From: an uncultured Gemmatimonadaceae bacterium | GTDB lineage: Bacteria; Gemmatimonadota; Gemmatimonadetes; Gemmatimonadales; Gemmatimonadaceae | Assembly (NCBI GenBank): GCA_963761305.1 | Contig: CAVXGK010000001.1 | Coordinates: 928,001-992,000, forward strand | DNA length: 64,000 bases | Direction: 5' to 3' | Part shown: in pieces, positions 10,770 through 20,557 of the stretch | How the letters are laid out: the number at the start of each line of letters is the position of its first letter | How positions within the stretch are numbered: the first letter of the stretch is position 1 | Notes under the pieces: model-generated | The model's database searches: none | The model's input: the letters and a program-made list of their open reading frames with translations, nothing else | What the model was told of the DNA's origin: nothing | Position numbers and translations under genes: made by a program

Positions 10770-13514
10770 TTATCGGCGGGACAGCGAATCGAGGCGCGCG
10801 CGGAATGACGGGTCCGCGTAGCGCCACGCTTCTCGAACATAGGCCGCGTACACCGCGGCGCTGTCCGGTTGGTGGGCGGCAGTGAAAGCGCGCGACATCC
10901 ACCAATCGATCTCCGTGCGCGGAACGTAGCGCGCCATCGCGTCCACGGGCGCCATGTCGGCGTCGCGAAGGGCGGCGATCGCGCTGTCGGGATGACCCAG
11001 CGCGAGGCGCGCTCGAGCCAGCTCCACGTTCGTGCGCGTCCATGCGTTCGCCGACCACTCGGCCGCCGTCAGCTCTCGCTCGGCGTCGGCGTACCGGCCC
11101 TGGGCGAACAACAACACGCCGCGCACGTGGTGATGCAGCACCTTGTCGCGACCGTAGTAGCTCTGTTCACCCGACCGTGCGATCGAGTCGACCAGTGCGC
11201 GCGCGGACGCTGTGTCACCCGCGCGCACCAGCGCGTCGGCCTCCAGCGCGTGCGACCACGAGAAACCGCGCGCCTGGGGAGCCGTGAACGCAGACAGAGA
11301 CGTACCGGGCGGATGTCCGACGCGCTCGAAGATGGCGCGCGCCTCGGCGATACGACCAACCCGCGCCAGTCCATCGGCGCGCACGAGGGTCAAACCGTCG
11401 TTCGCCGGCAGATCGGCCAGCAACGCCAGCGATTCGGCGATGCGGCCGCGCTCGCGGGCGACCATGACTCCGATGTCGCGTCGTCCGTCGAGCAACACGG
11501 GATCGCGCGTCGTGCGCCACGCACGGAGCAGCGAGTCCACGATGTCGTAGCGACGCGCCGAGAGCATCGTGCGAGCGAAGTCCACCGCCGCCAGCGCATT
11601 CTTCGAGAGCGCGACGTCGTGATAACCCGCCTCGGCCGACTCCGCGGACTTTCCGACCGCGGCGAGCGTCGCCGACAGGTTTCGCCATGCCGCCGGCAAA
11701 TCCGGTTGCAACGCGACCCATCGTCGTGCCGCCGCTTCCGCGCCAGAGCGGTCCGCCTCGGCAAGACGCACCTGCGAGAGACGCCAGAGCACCTCGCATG
11801 GCGTGCACGGGCCGTCGCCGGCGACCATGGCGAGGGAGTCGAGCGCCAGCTCGCGCGACAACACGCCCTCGGTTTCGGCCCACTTGCCGTGCGCGGTGAG
11901 AAGGTCGGCGCGCGCGCTGTACGCGCGCGGATCATATGGAAATCGCGAGACGAGCTGCGAGCTCAACGCGTCGGCACGCGCGCTCTCACCAAGGCTGTCG
12001 GCGTTTCGGATCTCGTCGGCGAGCCGCTCCAACTCGGGAAGACGATCCTCGTGTCGCGCGGCGAGCAGTGCGAGACGGTGCTCACCGGATTCGTCGCCGA
12101 GTGCGCCGGCCACCGCTTCCCTGCCGCGGATCGCTTCGACGAATCCCGAGTCCTCGGCGATCGCCGAGTCGAGCTGCGTCGCGGCATCGCCGAGCTTCTC
12201 GGCGCTCAGCGACAGCATGCCACGCGTGAAGTGCCGATACGCGTCGGCGCTCGCGGTCTCGACGCCCGAGTATCGCGCAGTGCCGCCCGGTCCGACGGCG
12301 AGGATCGCGGCGACGCGGTTCGCGGCTTGGCGTCCCAGCTCGACGGGGTTCGCGGCGAGAATCGTGAACGTCTCCGACTCGGACACGTTCGCGACGTTGC
12401 GAACCGTCACGTCGAGCACGTAGCCCGTCGGCGCGACGGAGAGTCCACCCGTCACCGACCAGTTGGCGCGCAGTCGACGTGCGACGTCCATCGACTTGTC
12501 CTCGGTGAGCCGCGCCGAGCCCGAACCGGTGAGTCGAGCAACGACGTCGCGCACGCGCGACGGCGCGACGGACTCGACGCCGCGCAATCCGTCGAGATCG
12601 GTGGCGATCATTCGCGGGAGGGCCACGCGAAGCCAGTCGATCGACGTATCGCCGCGCACATCCTCGATCGACGTCACGGCGACGATGGGTCGCGTCGCGG
12701 CCGACGCCTCGGACGACGAATTCCGAACGCGCCAGACGAGTGCGACCACGAGCGACGCCGCGATCACGCCCAGCACGATGGGCCAGCGTCGGCGTGAGAC
12801 GGTCGTCGGTGGTTGCGTGGGCGCCGACTCGGCGACGATCGCTGCCGGCGCCGGCGTCAGAACCGGCCTTGGTGAAGCCGGCGACATCGCGTCCGACGAC
12901 GACCTTTGTTCCGCCTTCAGCTTCGCGACGACCGCCACGGCGGCCGACGACGTCGGTGCGGCATCGAGCCATCGCTCGGCGGCGGCGAGCGCGGCGCTCG
13001 TTGCCATGCCGCGCTGAAGCTGAGAAACGTGCCGCTCGCATACCTCGACGAACCGGCGTTCGAGCTTGCCGCGCTCGCGGCTTGCCCAATCGTCGAACTC
13101 GGGCGCATCGGGCACGTGCACCGCGTCGAGAAAACGGCCGCCGTAGACAGCGACCGCGCGCGCGTCGTCGCCGGATTCGTAGGCCGAGGTGAATTGGACG
13201 GTGTCCACCTCGACACGCGCGTCCTCGGACAACGCGATGGTGTCGCGTCGCGCAGTGATGGCATCGGCGCCGAGCACGCCGCGAAGACCGGAAAGCGCGT
13301 TGGACAGCGAGTGTCGCGCGCGCGATTCGTCCTCGCCGCCCCAGAACATCTCGACCAGCGCATCGCGCGAGATGGGTCTGGCGAAGAGCGCGATCACGGC
13401 CAGCACCGCCAGATGACGCGGCCGAATCTCGGCGATCGACTCGGTCTCACCGTCTACGACAGTGAGCGTCAAGCGGCCGAGCGTTTGAAGCCGGAAGTAA
13501 CGGCGCGTCAACAT
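10770..13514 (-). CDS. Membrane-spanning SARP/BTAD-type regulator (wHTH, partial BTAD, TM, TolB_N-like and TPR)
   Basis: LQTLGRLTL...SRDALVEMFW..EDESRARHSLSNALSGLR; YGGRFLDAVHVPDAPEFDDW; TM WPIVLGVIAASLVVALVW; AYRHFTRG TPR-type helices. Confidence 0.8.
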   Translation of the reverse strand: MLTRRYFRLQTLGRLTLTVVDGETESIAEIRPRHLAVLAVIALFARPISRDALVEMFWGGEDESRARHSLSNALSGLRGVLGADAITARRDTIALSEDARVEVDTVQFTSAYESGDDARAVAVYGGRFLDAVHVPDAPEFDDWASRERGKLERRFVEVCERHVSQLQRGMATSAALAAAERWLDAAPTSSAAVAVVAKLKAEQRSSSDAMSPASPRPVLTPAPAAIVAESAPTQPPTTVSRRRWPIVLGVIAASLVVALVWRVRNSSSEASAATRPIVAVTSIEDVRGDTSIDWLRVALPRMIATDLDGLRGVESVAPSRVRDVVARLTGSGSARLTEDKSMDVARRLRANWSVTGGLSVAPTGYVLDVTVRNVANVSESETFTILAANPVELGRQAANRVAAILAVGPGGTARYSGVETASADAYRHFTRGMLSLSAEKLGDAATQLDSAIAEDSGFVEAIRGREAVAGALGDESGEHRLALLAARHEDRLPELERLADEIRNADSLGESARADALSSQLVSRFPYDPRAYSARADLLTAHGKWAETEGVLSRELALDSLAMVAGDGPCTPCEVLWRLSQVRLAEADRSGAEAAARRWVALQPDLPAAWRNLSATLAAVGKSAESAEAGYHDVALSKNALAAVDFARTMLSARRYDIVDSLLRAWRTTRDPVLLDGRRDIGVMVARERGRIAESLALLADLPANDGLTLVRADGLARVGRIAEARAIFERVGHPPGTSLSAFTAPQARGFSWSHALEADALVRAGDTASARALVDSIARSGEQSYYGRDKVLHHHVRGVLLFAQGRYADAERELTAAEWSANAWTRTNVELARARLALGHPDSAIAALRDADMAPVDAMARYVPRTEIDWWMSRAFTAAHQPDSAAVYAAYVREAWRYADPSFRARLDSLSRR

Positions 13515-13632
13515 GTTGACATGGTGAGATCGCGTGGACAGCGGCCGCCTAATATAGCGCCGCGTACACGAGGCCGCGCGGACGGCCAGACCCCCGAGAT
13601 CAACACACGACAGTCATTCCGGAGTGCACCCA

Positions 13633-14988
13633 ATGTCCCGATCCACCGCCCCCGTGGCGAGCACCGAGTTGTTCAGGCGCGCTCGCGGAATCCTGACCCT
13701 CGCCGTGCTATTGGCGTCGGCAGCCCCTTTCGCCAGCCTCCCGGCGCAGGGGCTCATCGACCGGATGAAGCAGAAGGTCCAAGATCGCGTCAACAACGCC
13801 GAAGACAGCCTGACCGACGCCGCGTTGGACAAGGCGACGGGCGCGATCACGTGCGCTGCCACCAACACCCAGTGCATCCATAAGGCGTTGGGCGCCGGCA
13901 AAACGGTGCAGGTCGTCGACAAGAACGGAAAGCCGGTTTCGGCGGCCGATTCGGCCAAAGCCGTCAACGCGGCGGGCGGTGTGCCGGCGTCGATGCAAAA
14001 CGCGGCGACGACGTCGAGCAGCTCTGCGGCGCCGACTGCCTCGGCGCCCGCGTTCGGCGAGGACGTCCTCGTCAACTACGACTTCGTGCCGGGCGATCGC
14101 GTGATCTTCGCCGAGGATTTCATGAAGGACAACATCGGCGACTTCCCGAAGCGTCTGGAACTGCGGCGCGGCAACTTCGAGGTCGCGAAATGGCAGGGGC
14201 AGCAGTACCTCCGCACGAACTCGGGCGGCGTCGTCGTGATTCCGCTGTCGGAAGTTCTGCCGTCGCGCTTCACCTTCGAGGCGGACTACAACGGCTCGAA
14301 CGGATGGAGCCTGGAGGTGAACTTTGCCGATCCTGACGCGATCGACAACCTCGTGGAAGCCTCGTTCGCACCGGGCAACGCGCAGCTCGCCGGCCCCGGC
14401 GTCAATTCCTCGGCGGAAATGCCCGAAGCGGCCATCAAGCCGATCAGTCACGTCGCGTTGATGGCCGACGGCAAGTACGTGAAGATCTACGTGAACGGCG
14501 TGCGTTTGGCGAACGTGCCCAACGCGAACATCGGACGCGGTAAAGTCGTGGTCGTGGCCGTGCCGGGGAGCAACGACGAGCCGGGGTACCTGTCGAACAT
14601 CCGCATCGCCGCCGGCGGCAAGCCGCTCTACGACGCCATCATGGCCGCCGGTCGCGTGGCGACGCACGGCATCCTGTTCGACACGGGCAGCGATCACATT
14701 CGGAGTGAATCCAAGCCGACGCTCGACATGATCGGGCAGATGCTCAAGGATCACGCGGACCTCAAGCTTGCGATCGAAGGACACACCGACAACGTCGGGT
14801 CGGCCGCGTCGAATCAAACGCTGAGCGACAAGCGCGCGGCGGCCGTGCGCCAGTTCCTGATCGCGAACTACCACGTCGATGCGGGCCGTCTGTCGAGCAA
14901 GGGCCTCGGTTCGACGAAACCGGCCGCCTCGAACGACACGCCGGAAGGACGTCAGCAGAATCGGCGCGTCGAGCTGGTGAAGAACTGA
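13633..14988 (+). CDS. Secreted OmpA-family peptidoglycan-binding protein
   Basis: Signal peptide; YDFVPGDRVIFAEDF beta-rich middle domain; ILFDTGS, IEGHTDNVG, NQTLSDKRA, GRQQNRRVEL. Confidence 0.9.
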   Translation: MSRSTAPVASTELFRRARGILTLAVLLASAAPFASLPAQGLIDRMKQKVQDRVNNAEDSLTDAALDKATGAITCAATNTQCIHKALGAGKTVQVVDKNGKPVSAADSAKAVNAAGGVPASMQNAATTSSSSAAPTASAPAFGEDVLVNYDFVPGDRVIFAEDFMKDNIGDFPKRLELRRGNFEVAKWQGQQYLRTNSGGVVVIPLSEVLPSRFTFEADYNGSNGWSLEVNFADPDAIDNLVEASFAPGNAQLAGPGVNSSAEMPEAAIKPISHVALMADGKYVKIYVNGVRLANVPNANIGRGKVVVVAVPGSNDEPGYLSNIRIAAGGKPLYDAIMAAGRVATHGILFDTGSDHIRSESKPTLDMIGQMLKDHADLKLAIEGHTDNVGSAASNQTLSDKRAAAVRQFLIANYHVDAGRLSSKGLGSTKPAASNDTPEGRQQNRRVELVKN

Positions 14989-15005
14989 GCGGCGGCGAGT
15001 CGCGC

Positions 15006-15956
15006 ATGATGTCGCTGTCGTGGGTGTGCCGTCGCGGGCCGGCGCTCGCCTTCGCGCTCGCACCGTTGTTCGCGGCGCACACTCACGGCGGCGATGGCGG
15101 CACCGTGCTGCTCACTGGCAGCGTGCACGGCGCGATTCCTCCGGCGACGTGCGCCGAGGCCGGCGCGTCCGGCGTGCGCCTTCGTTCGTTCGGCGAGATC
15201 ACGCCGGACGGTGCGCATCACCGGTCGTTTCAGATTCAGATGAACTCGTCGTGCGTCGCGCCGCTCTACCAGGCGCTCTTCTCGCGCGAGCGCCTGGAGG
15301 CGCGGATCGTTCCGCCGGGCGAGCGCGCCGACGTCGCCGTGATGTTGGGCGACGCGCACCTCACTCGCGTCGAGCTCTCGACCTCCACGAACGAGCGCGG
15401 GACGCGCTATCCACTCATCACGCTCGAGCTCACGGCGACGCGCGTCACCGGCGTGCCGCGGCGCGCCCGGGCGAACGGTCGACTGCTCGCCTCGGATCTC
15501 TCCCCCGTGCCGCAAGGAACCGCCGAGGCGTGGGTGCGGAACGGAGTGGCGGGGACGAGCGTGCGGCTGACGGGACAACCGTCGGGGTTGGACGTCACGT
15601 TCGCGTCGGGCGATCAACGCATAGCGGCCGCGTGGTCGGTCGACGATCAAACGGGCTTGCCGCGCGACGACCTGCACATCTCGGTCGATCCGATCGACAA
15701 GGCGGCGAGCGGAGACGACGCCGCCGTCGCCTCGGCCGTCGAAGACCGGCGGGAGCTGTCGGAGGCCGTGATCTCGTTCCTCGGCCGGGACGGCGCGGCG
15801 GGGATCGTCGTGTGGCTCAAGCGCGCGTCGCTCGCCGGGTTCAACGCCCCGTCGGCGACGCCGTACGGCGTCCGCGGCGTCGGCCACGTGTCACTCGTAG
15901 CGCGTCAACTGGCGATCACCGACATCGGGTCGGGCCGAACCGCCGCGTTTCCGTAA
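15006..15956 (+). CDS. Probably secreted protein with two degenerate Hcp/TssD-like domains
   Basis: Hydrophobic N-terminus; VLLTGSVHGAI...HRSFQIQ...APLYQALFSRERL; second repeat DDQTGLP...ELSEAVISF...VWLKRASL...HVSLVARQLAIT. Confidence 0.55.
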   Translation: MMSLSWVCRRGPALAFALAPLFAAHTHGGDGGTVLLTGSVHGAIPPATCAEAGASGVRLRSFGEITPDGAHHRSFQIQMNSSCVAPLYQALFSRERLEARIVPPGERADVAVMLGDAHLTRVELSTSTNERGTRYPLITLELTATRVTGVPRRARANGRLLASDLSPVPQGTAEAWVRNGVAGTSVRLTGQPSGLDVTFASGDQRIAAAWSVDDQTGLPRDDLHISVDPIDKAASGDDAAVASAVEDRRELSEAVISFLGRDGAAGIVVWLKRASLAGFNAPSATPYGVRGVGHVSLVARQLAITDIGSGRTAAFP

Positions 15957-15979
15957 CGAACACACATAAAACTTTCAGC

Positions 15980-17239
15980 ATGCCGACCATGAGATCGCTC
16001 GTCGCGTTCGCCCTCGCCGGACTGATGTCCACCAACGCGCTCGCGCAGGACGACCCGAAAACGCACCCGGGCTCGCTGTCGGTCAAACCCGACGTCCACT
16101 TCGGCAAGGAAATCCCCGCCGGCCCACAGCGGGCCGCCGCCTTTGCCGAGGCGCAGAGCGTGCTCGACGTGCTCCGCACCGACGCGGCGCTCACGAGCCC
16201 CATCGGCTACGCCGTCGTCGTGAAGCGACTCGCCAGCGCGCGACTCTCCGCCGACGCGCCCGGCATGCTCTATCACGCCGCGGTGCTCGGCGCGATCAAC
16301 TATTTCGGATTGGAGGACGACGGCCACGGCGGCAAAGAGATCGGCCTCACCGGCGGCATCGTGCCGTTTCACGTCGCCATCAATACGTTCGGCGACCAGG
16401 GCGAGATCGAGAGCACGGACGAAGAAGTGGATCACGGCCCGCGCATTCTGTACGACCTCAAAGAGACCGGGAAGTTTCGCGGTCGTCCGGTCTACAACGG
16501 CGCGTGCACGTACGTTTCGCGCCGGCCGGTGCCACCGCTCATTCCACTGTCACTGGAGCGCTACTACACGCTCGAGCTGATCAAGGCACGTGGAGCCTCG
16601 TCGCGCTTCGCGAGTGATCGCGCAACCGAGACGAAGACGCCGGCGCAGGACGCACTGCGGCGATTCCTCAAAGACAGACAGGAGCGCCAGGCGTCGAACC
16701 AGAAAACCATCGACGCCGTTCGCAAGATGGGCGCGGACCAGGCGACGATTCAGCAGATGGAACAAACGTTTCGCGACACGGAGAAGGAGCAAGAAGCGGG
16801 ACTCCGCGCGGCGGCGGCAGGAAACACCGACCAGAAGTATCAGGAAATCATCGAACAAGCGCGACAACAACAGACCGAAGGCATCACGCAGCTCCAGGCA
16901 AAGCTCGACGCGCTGTCGCCCGAAGAGCGCAAGTCGCCCGCGTACCTGATCGATCACGGCCGCAGCATGTACACGGTCGGCACCAAGGACGACGAAGGCA
17001 TGGTGTTGCCGATGCAGCCGAACCCGGCGTTCTACGATCAGTCCATCTCACCGTCGGCGCCGCAGCTGCTCTGGATTTGTTTGCCGGGGCTGCAAGGCGT
17101 CGTCGATTCGACTTACCAGATGTACGCGGGCGACGAGCGCGAGCAGGAGAAGCAAACCGCCGAACGACGCCTCGCCGATGCGGTACGCATTCGCGACAAG
17201 TTGAACTGGACGGCGCTCGAGGCGCTCGTGAAACCGTGA
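15980..17239 (+). CDS. Secreted hypothetical protein with a central coiled coil
   Basis: Signal peptide ending ALA-QDD; Q/E/K-rich helical centre; coding-like codon usage from 15980. Confidence 0.7.
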   Translation: MPTMRSLVAFALAGLMSTNALAQDDPKTHPGSLSVKPDVHFGKEIPAGPQRAAAFAEAQSVLDVLRTDAALTSPIGYAVVVKRLASARLSADAPGMLYHAAVLGAINYFGLEDDGHGGKEIGLTGGIVPFHVAINTFGDQGEIESTDEEVDHGPRILYDLKETGKFRGRPVYNGACTYVSRRPVPPLIPLSLERYYTLELIKARGASSRFASDRATETKTPAQDALRRFLKDRQERQASNQKTIDAVRKMGADQATIQQMEQTFRDTEKEQEAGLRAAAAGNTDQKYQEIIEQARQQQTEGITQLQAKLDALSPEERKSPAYLIDHGRSMYTVGTKDDEGMVLPMQPNPAFYDQSISPSAPQLLWICLPGLQGVVDSTYQMYAGDEREQEKQTAERRLADAVRIRDKLNWTALEALVKP

Positions 17240-17252
17240 CGCGGTGGACCGG

Positions 17253-18389
17253 TCAGTACTTCGGTAGCGTCGGGTCCACCTCGTCGCTCCAGCGCAGAAT
17301 GCCGCCGGCAAGGTTCGTCGCCCGAAATCCGGCGGCGGACAACTGCTTTACCGCGTCGGCGCTGCGCACGCCGGACCGGCAGTACACAACGACGTGCTTG
17401 CTCGGGTCGAGCGTCGGCATCGCGCCGGCGAGTGCGCCGAGCGGCACGAGGGTCGCATTGGGCAGCACGCCGAGCTGCCACTCGTACGGCTCGCGCACGT
17501 CGAGCAGCTGAAGATCGTCGCCGCGTGCGAGCGCCTCGGCGAGCTCGCGCGGAGTCAGTTCGGGAACGCGGGCCATATGCGATGTCGTGGTTGGTGAAGT
17601 GCCGCAGTACTCGTCGTAGTCGATGAGCGCTTTGATCTCTCGCGTGCCGCACGCCGGACACGTGGGATCGCGTGCCACGCGGATCGTTCGAAAATTCATT
17701 CCCAGCGCGTCGACCAACAGGAGTCGGCCGATCAACGGATCGCCGGCGCCGAGGATCAGTTTGAGCGCTTCCGTCGCCTGAATCGTTCCGACGAGTCCCG
17801 GCAACACGCCGAGCACTCCGCCTTCCGCACAACTCGGCACGCTTCCCGGCGGCGGCGGTGTTGGAAAGAGGCAGCGATAGCACGGGCCGTCCGTCGTGCA
17901 GAACACCGACGCTTGTCCGTCGAACCGGAAGATCGATCCGTACACGTTCGGCTTGCCGAGCAGCACGCAGGCGTCGTTCACGAGATACCGCGTGGCGAAG
18001 TTGTCGGTGCCGTCGATGATGATGTCGTAGTCGGCGAGAATCTCGAACGCGTTGTCCGACGTAAGCCGCGTTTCGTGCGTCTCGACGTTCACGTTGGGAT
18101 TGAGGTCGGCGATGCGGGCGCGCGCCGACTCGAGCTTGGGCCGGCCGACGGCCGACGTGCCGTGCAACACCTGTCGCTGGAGGTTCGAAACGTCGACGAC
18201 GTCGAAGTCGACCAGACCGATCGTGCCGACGCCCGCCGCCGCGAGATAGAGCGCCGCGGGCGAGCCGAGTCCTCCGGCGCCGACGAGCAGCACGCGCGCC
18301 GCCTTGATCCGCTGCTGTCCGTCGAGCGCGACGTTGGGCAGGAGCAGGTGGCGGCTGTAGCGCTGCAGCTCGTCGCGCGTGAGGTCCAT
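17253..18389 (-). CDS. moeB: MoeB/MoeZ adenylyltransferase with rhodanese domain
   Basis: RYSRHLLLP, GAGGLG, SNLQRQ, CYRC, CAEGGVLG, CPAC, C-terminal YCRSGVRS. Confidence 0.93.
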   Translation of the reverse strand: MDLTRDELQRYSRHLLLPNVALDGQQRIKAARVLLVGAGGLGSPAALYLAAAGVGTIGLVDFDVVDVSNLQRQVLHGTSAVGRPKLESARARIADLNPNVNVETHETRLTSDNAFEILADYDIIIDGTDNFATRYLVNDACVLLGKPNVYGSIFRFDGQASVFCTTDGPCYRCLFPTPPPPGSVPSCAEGGVLGVLPGLVGTIQATEALKLILGAGDPLIGRLLLVDALGMNFRTIRVARDPTCPACGTREIKALIDYDEYCGTSPTTTSHMARVPELTPRELAEALARGDDLQLLDVREPYEWQLGVLPNATLVPLGALAGAMPTLDPSKHVVVYCRSGVRSADAVKQLSAAGFRATNLAGGILRWSDEVDPTLPKY

Positions 18390-18496
18390 GCCGAAAGCTA
18401 CAGCGCGAGCGAGCCGGCGGCCGAGCGCCGCGAACGCAAACCGGCGCGCCCGCGATGGTCCGCGAGCGCGCCGGTTCGAAGTTCAGCGTCTTCTTC

Positions 18497-20488
18497 TTAC
18501 TTCGACGCCAGATCGCGAACCGACTTCGCGAGCAGCTGAACCTTCGCCGAGTCGGACGAACCGCGCGCGTCGCCGTCGAGCTGACCGGCGAGCTTGTTCA
18601 GCGACTCACGCCGATCGACGCCCGACTTCATCTCGGCCTCGGAGAGCACCGAGCGAACCGCGGCGAGCCGGCCGGCGGAGAGACCGCCGGAGCGCTGCAG
18701 CTGGTCCGTGTAGGCGCGCGACAGCGCGAACGTCGCCGGCCACACGAACTTCGGCTGCCCCTGCGTGTTGAGATAATCCAAATGCACGGACTTGGCCGCG
18801 TCGATCTCGTTCGACGTGAGCAGCGGGCTCGGTGCGAGCTCGAAGACGTCGAGGCCGCGCGCGATCTCGGAGCTCACGATCTCGCCGTTGTACCAGTACA
18901 CGGACCACGAGCCGCCCATCGCCATACGCGTGCCGTCGACCGGACCGCGGTCGAAGTAGCCGATTTCCTTGGCGTGCGCCGGATCCGTCCAGTCGAACAC
19001 CGAGATGCCGCCCTGATACCAGGCCTGCACCATGATGTCGCGGCCCGGCACGGGAATCAGCGAGCCGTTGTGGGCGACGCAGTTTTCCTCCGACGTCTGC
19101 GGCGCGGACATCTTGTAGTAGCCCTGGAAATGCATCTTGTGGTTCGCGTCGATCGTGAAGAGCGCATCGGCGCCCCACTGTTTCGGATCGGACGCGCGGC
19201 ACTTCGGCGCGCCACCGCCGCCCCACTCGTCGCTGAACAGCACTTTCGTGCCGTCGTTGTTGAACGTCGCCGAGTGCCAATATGAGAAGTTGGAATCCGC
19301 GGCCGCGTCGACGCGCACGGGATGCGCCGGGTCGTGGATGTCGAGCAGCAGGCCGTAGCCTTCACACGCGCCACCGGCGTAGCCGACGGCCGGGTACACG
19401 GTGATGTCGTGGCACTGCGTCGGGCCGGCGTTCGGGTTCTCCGACGGCGGGCCGATCATCTTGTCGACGAGGGCCTGAATCGACCCGCGCAGCTCGGCGC
19501 TGTCGGCCGCTGTCGCCGCTCCGCTGTGGCGCTTGGCGAGGCTGTCGATCAGCGGCTTGGTCATGTTTGCCGGCAGCGGGTAGTCGGTACCGAAGACCTT
19601 CACGATGTAGATGCCCTTCGCGCGCGCCGCGGCCATCTCTTCCTTGTCGGCCGCCGACTGACCGTGGGTCGCCGGCTTGGTGAGATCGTTGAAGATGCGC
19701 GGCGAGCTCACGATCGCCGCCTTTTCCGGATGGGCGAGCGGAACCTTGATGACCTCGATGCGGAAGAGCGGCGAGTTCGGGTCCTTGCTCGGCGACATGT
19801 TCGAGCAGCCCGTGAGTTCCTGCGTGGAGCGCGGCGCCGATGAGCCGGAGATGTAGACGTACACGTTGTCGGGATCTTTCGGATCGACGAGTACCGTGTG
19901 CGTATGCGACCCACGGCACGTCTGCACGTTGCCGACGTATTTCGGATTCGCGATGTCAGTGATGTCGAAGATGCGGATGCCGCGAATTCGCTCGTCGCTC
20001 ACCGCCGTTGCCACACCTTGGCCGCCACAGTCGAGCCGAGCGGTCGGCGCCTCCGCCGAGACGAACAGAAGGTTCTTGTAGACCGACACGTCGCTCTGCG
20101 ACGCTGGACAGTAGAACGCCGTCTTGAGCGTCGGATGCGCCGGATTGCTGATGTCCCAGATCTGGTAGCCGTTGTAGCTGCCCTGGATCGCGTACGGTCC
20201 GCTGAACGTCAGGTCGGAGTTCGTCTGGCCGAGGAATTTCTCGGAGGGCCTCGTCGTGGAAACGAGCTTGACGTTCCACTCGGCCTGGCCCGCGTCCCAC
20301 AGACCGGGCTTGAGACCGACGCGCGGATCGGGGCTCGGCGCCGCCATCGTGAGCGAGCCGGCCTGCATCGCGCCGCCGCCGGCGGTCGATGTCGCCGGGT
20401 GCGTGCACGCCGCGGCGACAATGGCGATCGCGGCGAGCGCCGACGCGCGTCGCGCGCCTACGCGGGTAAGAGCAAATCTGAGAGCCAT
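18497..20488 (-). CDS. LVIVD-repeat beta-propeller lipoprotein
   Basis: AAAC lipobox; YQIWDISNP, IRIFDITDIANP, LLLDIHDP, ISVFDWTDP repeats; CHDITV, YWHSATF. Confidence 0.8.
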   Translation of the reverse strand: MALRFALTRVGARRASALAAIAIVAAACTHPATSTAGGGAMQAGSLTMAAPSPDPRVGLKPGLWDAGQAEWNVKLVSTTRPSEKFLGQTNSDLTFSGPYAIQGSYNGYQIWDISNPAHPTLKTAFYCPASQSDVSVYKNLLFVSAEAPTARLDCGGQGVATAVSDERIRGIRIFDITDIANPKYVGNVQTCRGSHTHTVLVDPKDPDNVYVYISGSSAPRSTQELTGCSNMSPSKDPNSPLFRIEVIKVPLAHPEKAAIVSSPRIFNDLTKPATHGQSAADKEEMAAARAKGIYIVKVFGTDYPLPANMTKPLIDSLAKRHSGAATAADSAELRGSIQALVDKMIGPPSENPNAGPTQCHDITVYPAVGYAGGACEGYGLLLDIHDPAHPVRVDAAADSNFSYWHSATFNNDGTKVLFSDEWGGGGAPKCRASDPKQWGADALFTIDANHKMHFQGYYKMSAPQTSEENCVAHNGSLIPVPGRDIMVQAWYQGGISVFDWTDPAHAKEIGYFDRGPVDGTRMAMGGSWSVYWYNGEIVSSEIARGLDVFELAPSPLLTSNEIDAAKSVHLDYLNTQGQPKFVWPATFALSRAYTDQLQRSGGLSAGRLAAVRSVLSEAEMKSGVDRRESLNKLAGQLDGDARGSSDSAKVQLLAKSVRDLASK

Positions 20489-20557
20489 GCGCAACTCCTG
20501 TGACGTGCGGATTGTTGGGTGGGGCGGGGGTGGGGAACTCGAATCAACTGCGTTGGT

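Noticed and set aside
13633..17239. A complete type VI secretion or contractile injection locus
   Set aside because: Only Hcp-like and OmpA domains are present; no sheath, baseplate, VgrG/PAAR or ClpV genes
17253..18389. MoeB as the E1 of a ubiquitin-like defence or RiPP system
   Set aside because: Ordinary MoeB-rhodanese fusion with no adjacent Ubl, JAB, E2 or precursor peptide
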